A DNA stretch of 42,333 bases, taken from the NCBI GenBank assembly GCA_026396115.1, contig JAPLXL010000003.1:1-42333 (forward strand), given 5' to 3'. Origin of the DNA: Candidatus Nealsonbacteria bacterium (GTDB lineage Bacteria > Patescibacteriota > Minisyncoccia > Minisyncoccales > RBG-13-42-11). A program made the position numbers and the translations under genes. Positions 41,037 to 42,333 of this stretch are shown piece by piece; the stretch's first letter is position 1; every line of letters begins with the position of its first letter. Below the pieces are notes generated by a model, which made no database searches, was not told the origin of the DNA, and saw nothing but the letters and a program-made list of their open reading frames with translations.

Positions 41037-42190
41037 AATTTTTCATCTATTTTAAGATTAGCATTAGCTTTAATCTTTTTCCATACCTTTTTTTTATACC
41101 ACTTGAAATATCCGGCAATTGCTACCATTGCGGCATTGTCGGTGCAAAAATTTTTTGCCGGAACCAAAAAATTTATTGCTAATTGTCGATTGCTAATTGT
41201 TAATTGAAATTGTTTTCTCAGCTCAGTATTAGCAGCGACGCCGCCGCTCAAAATGATTGATTTTGCTTTATAATCTTTAGCCACTTTTAAGGTTTTATGG
41301 ATTAAAACATCAATAATTGCCTGCTGAGTTTCAGTACACATTTCCTCTATATATTTTTTTGACCTTCTGACTTTTGAAGAACGTTTTTTGAAATCATACA
41401 AAACCGCTGTTTTCAAACCGGAGAAACTAAAATCATAATTTTTTTGATAAATCATCGGTCTCGGCAAAAAAACACGGGTTCGACCTGTGTATTTTTGCCT
41501 GTGTTTTTTAGCCAGGGTTGAAATAATCGGACCACCGGGGAAGCCGAGCCCTAAAATTCTAGCTGCTTTATCAAAACATTCACCAGCCGCATCGTCGCGA
41601 GTTTCTCCTAAAATTTTGTATTGGCCGAATTTCTTCACCCCATTAGAAGATTTTCGATTTCTAACGGGGTTCATTAAAATAAGTTGAGTGTGCCCGCCAC
41701 TGACCACTAAACAAATTGCCGGAAAGATATTTTTGTAATTTGTAATTTGTAATTTGGAATTTTCGCCAATAAAATTGGCGAGAATGTGTGCCTCTATGTG
41801 ATTTATTGGGACTATTGGCAATTTCATCTTTTCTGCCAACTCCTTGGCAAAATTTATTCCTGTCCATAAGCAAAGTTCCAGACCGGGGCCAATGGTAACT
41901 GCAATTAAGTTAATTTTTGGATTACCGGCTTCTTTTAAAGCTCTTTTTAAAACTATCGGTAAATTTTTTTGATGTTCTTTTTTAGCTAAAAAAGGATAAA
42001 CCCCTCCATATTTTGCATGTAGTTTTACTTGCGATGAAACCACATTACTTCTAATTTCGAAAGGCGAAGAGAACTTCGTTCTCTTCTTCACCTTCGTTTC
42101 CATAAATGGAAGCTCGGTTTTCGAATTTCTAATTTCTAAAACAGCGACGCAGGTATCATCGCAACTTGTTTCAATGGCTAAAATAATCAT
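41033..42190 (-). CDS. tsaD: tRNA N6-threonylcarbamoyl transferase TsaD with several repeat-derived insertions
   Basis: IETSCDDT, HIEAH, SGGHT, DDAAGECFDK, FSFSGLKT and CTDNAAM. Confidence 0.97.
   Translation of the reverse strand: MIILAIETSCDDTCVAVLEIRNSKTELPFMETKVKKRTKFSSPFEIRSNVVSSQVKLHAKYGGVYPFLAKKEHQKNLPIVLKRALKEAGNPKINLIAVTIGPGLELCLWTGINFAKELAEKMKLPIVPINHIEAHILANFIGENSKLQITNYKNIFPAICLVVSGGHTQLILMNPVRNRKSSNGVKKFGQYKILGETRDDAAGECFDKAARILGLGFPGGPIISTLAKKHRQKYTGRTRVFLPRPMIYQKNYDFSFSGLKTAVLYDFKKRSSKVRRSKKYIEEMCTETQQAIIDVLIHKTLKVAKDYKAKSIILSGGVAANTELRKQFQLTISNRQLAINFLVPAKNFCTDNAAMVAIAGYFKWYKKKVWKKIKANANLKIDEKL
42062..42118 (+). repeat. Family I element (57 bp), in frame in tsaD
   Basis: Identical to 9551-9607 at 56 of 57 positions; encodes TELPFMETKVKKRTKFSSP. 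Confidence 0.95.
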
Positions 42191-42237
42191 ATCTTTACAA
42201 ATATCATAAATTAATCTAAGATAGAAGGGAAATTCGG

Positions 42238-42312
42238 GGCCTCATCGTCTAGCCTGGTCCAGGACACTTGGTTTTCATCCAAGAAACTGGGATTCAAATT
42301 CCCATGAGGCCG
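42238..42312 (+). tRNA. tRNA-Glu(TTC)
   Basis: Acceptor GGCCTCA/TGAGGCC, loop TT-TTC-AT. Confidence 0.95.
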
Positions 42313-42333
42313 CATGAAAAGTGACTATTTAAC

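Overview
AT-rich bacterial chromosome segment with the hallmarks of a Patescibacteria/CPR (Parcubacteria-like) genome: short IF-2 and ValRS, four-domain S1, VirB2-like pilins, a type IV pilus cluster with no secretin gene in the window, and few Shine-Dalgarno sites. The taxonomy is inferred from gene content. Positions 1-7.8 kb form an accessory, partly decaying locus with three HxsC-like radical SAM genes, an A24 prepilin peptidase, a GT-C glycosyltransferase and two paralogous small genes. Positions 7.9-42.3 kb are core genome: rny, a histidine kinase/receiver pair, pilB-pilC-minor pilins-pilMNO, htrA, infB, rbfA, rplS, a pseudouridine synthase, ftsH, rpsA, gyrA, hsp20, prsW, valS, tsaD and 17 tRNAs. 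The most striking signal is a family of 45-57 bp two-hairpin elements, about 30 copies or fragments counted by eye. Their stems show compensatory changes. They sit in frame inside essential genes (infB x3, rpsA, tsaD, hsp20, a minor pilin), nest inside each other, abut tRNA 3' ends and sit just before start codons. Several smaller palindrome families also occur. tRNA oddities include an Ile(UAU) tRNA, an A18/G55 covariation in three tRNAs and two tRNA fragments. All calls come from reading the sequence; no database search was run.
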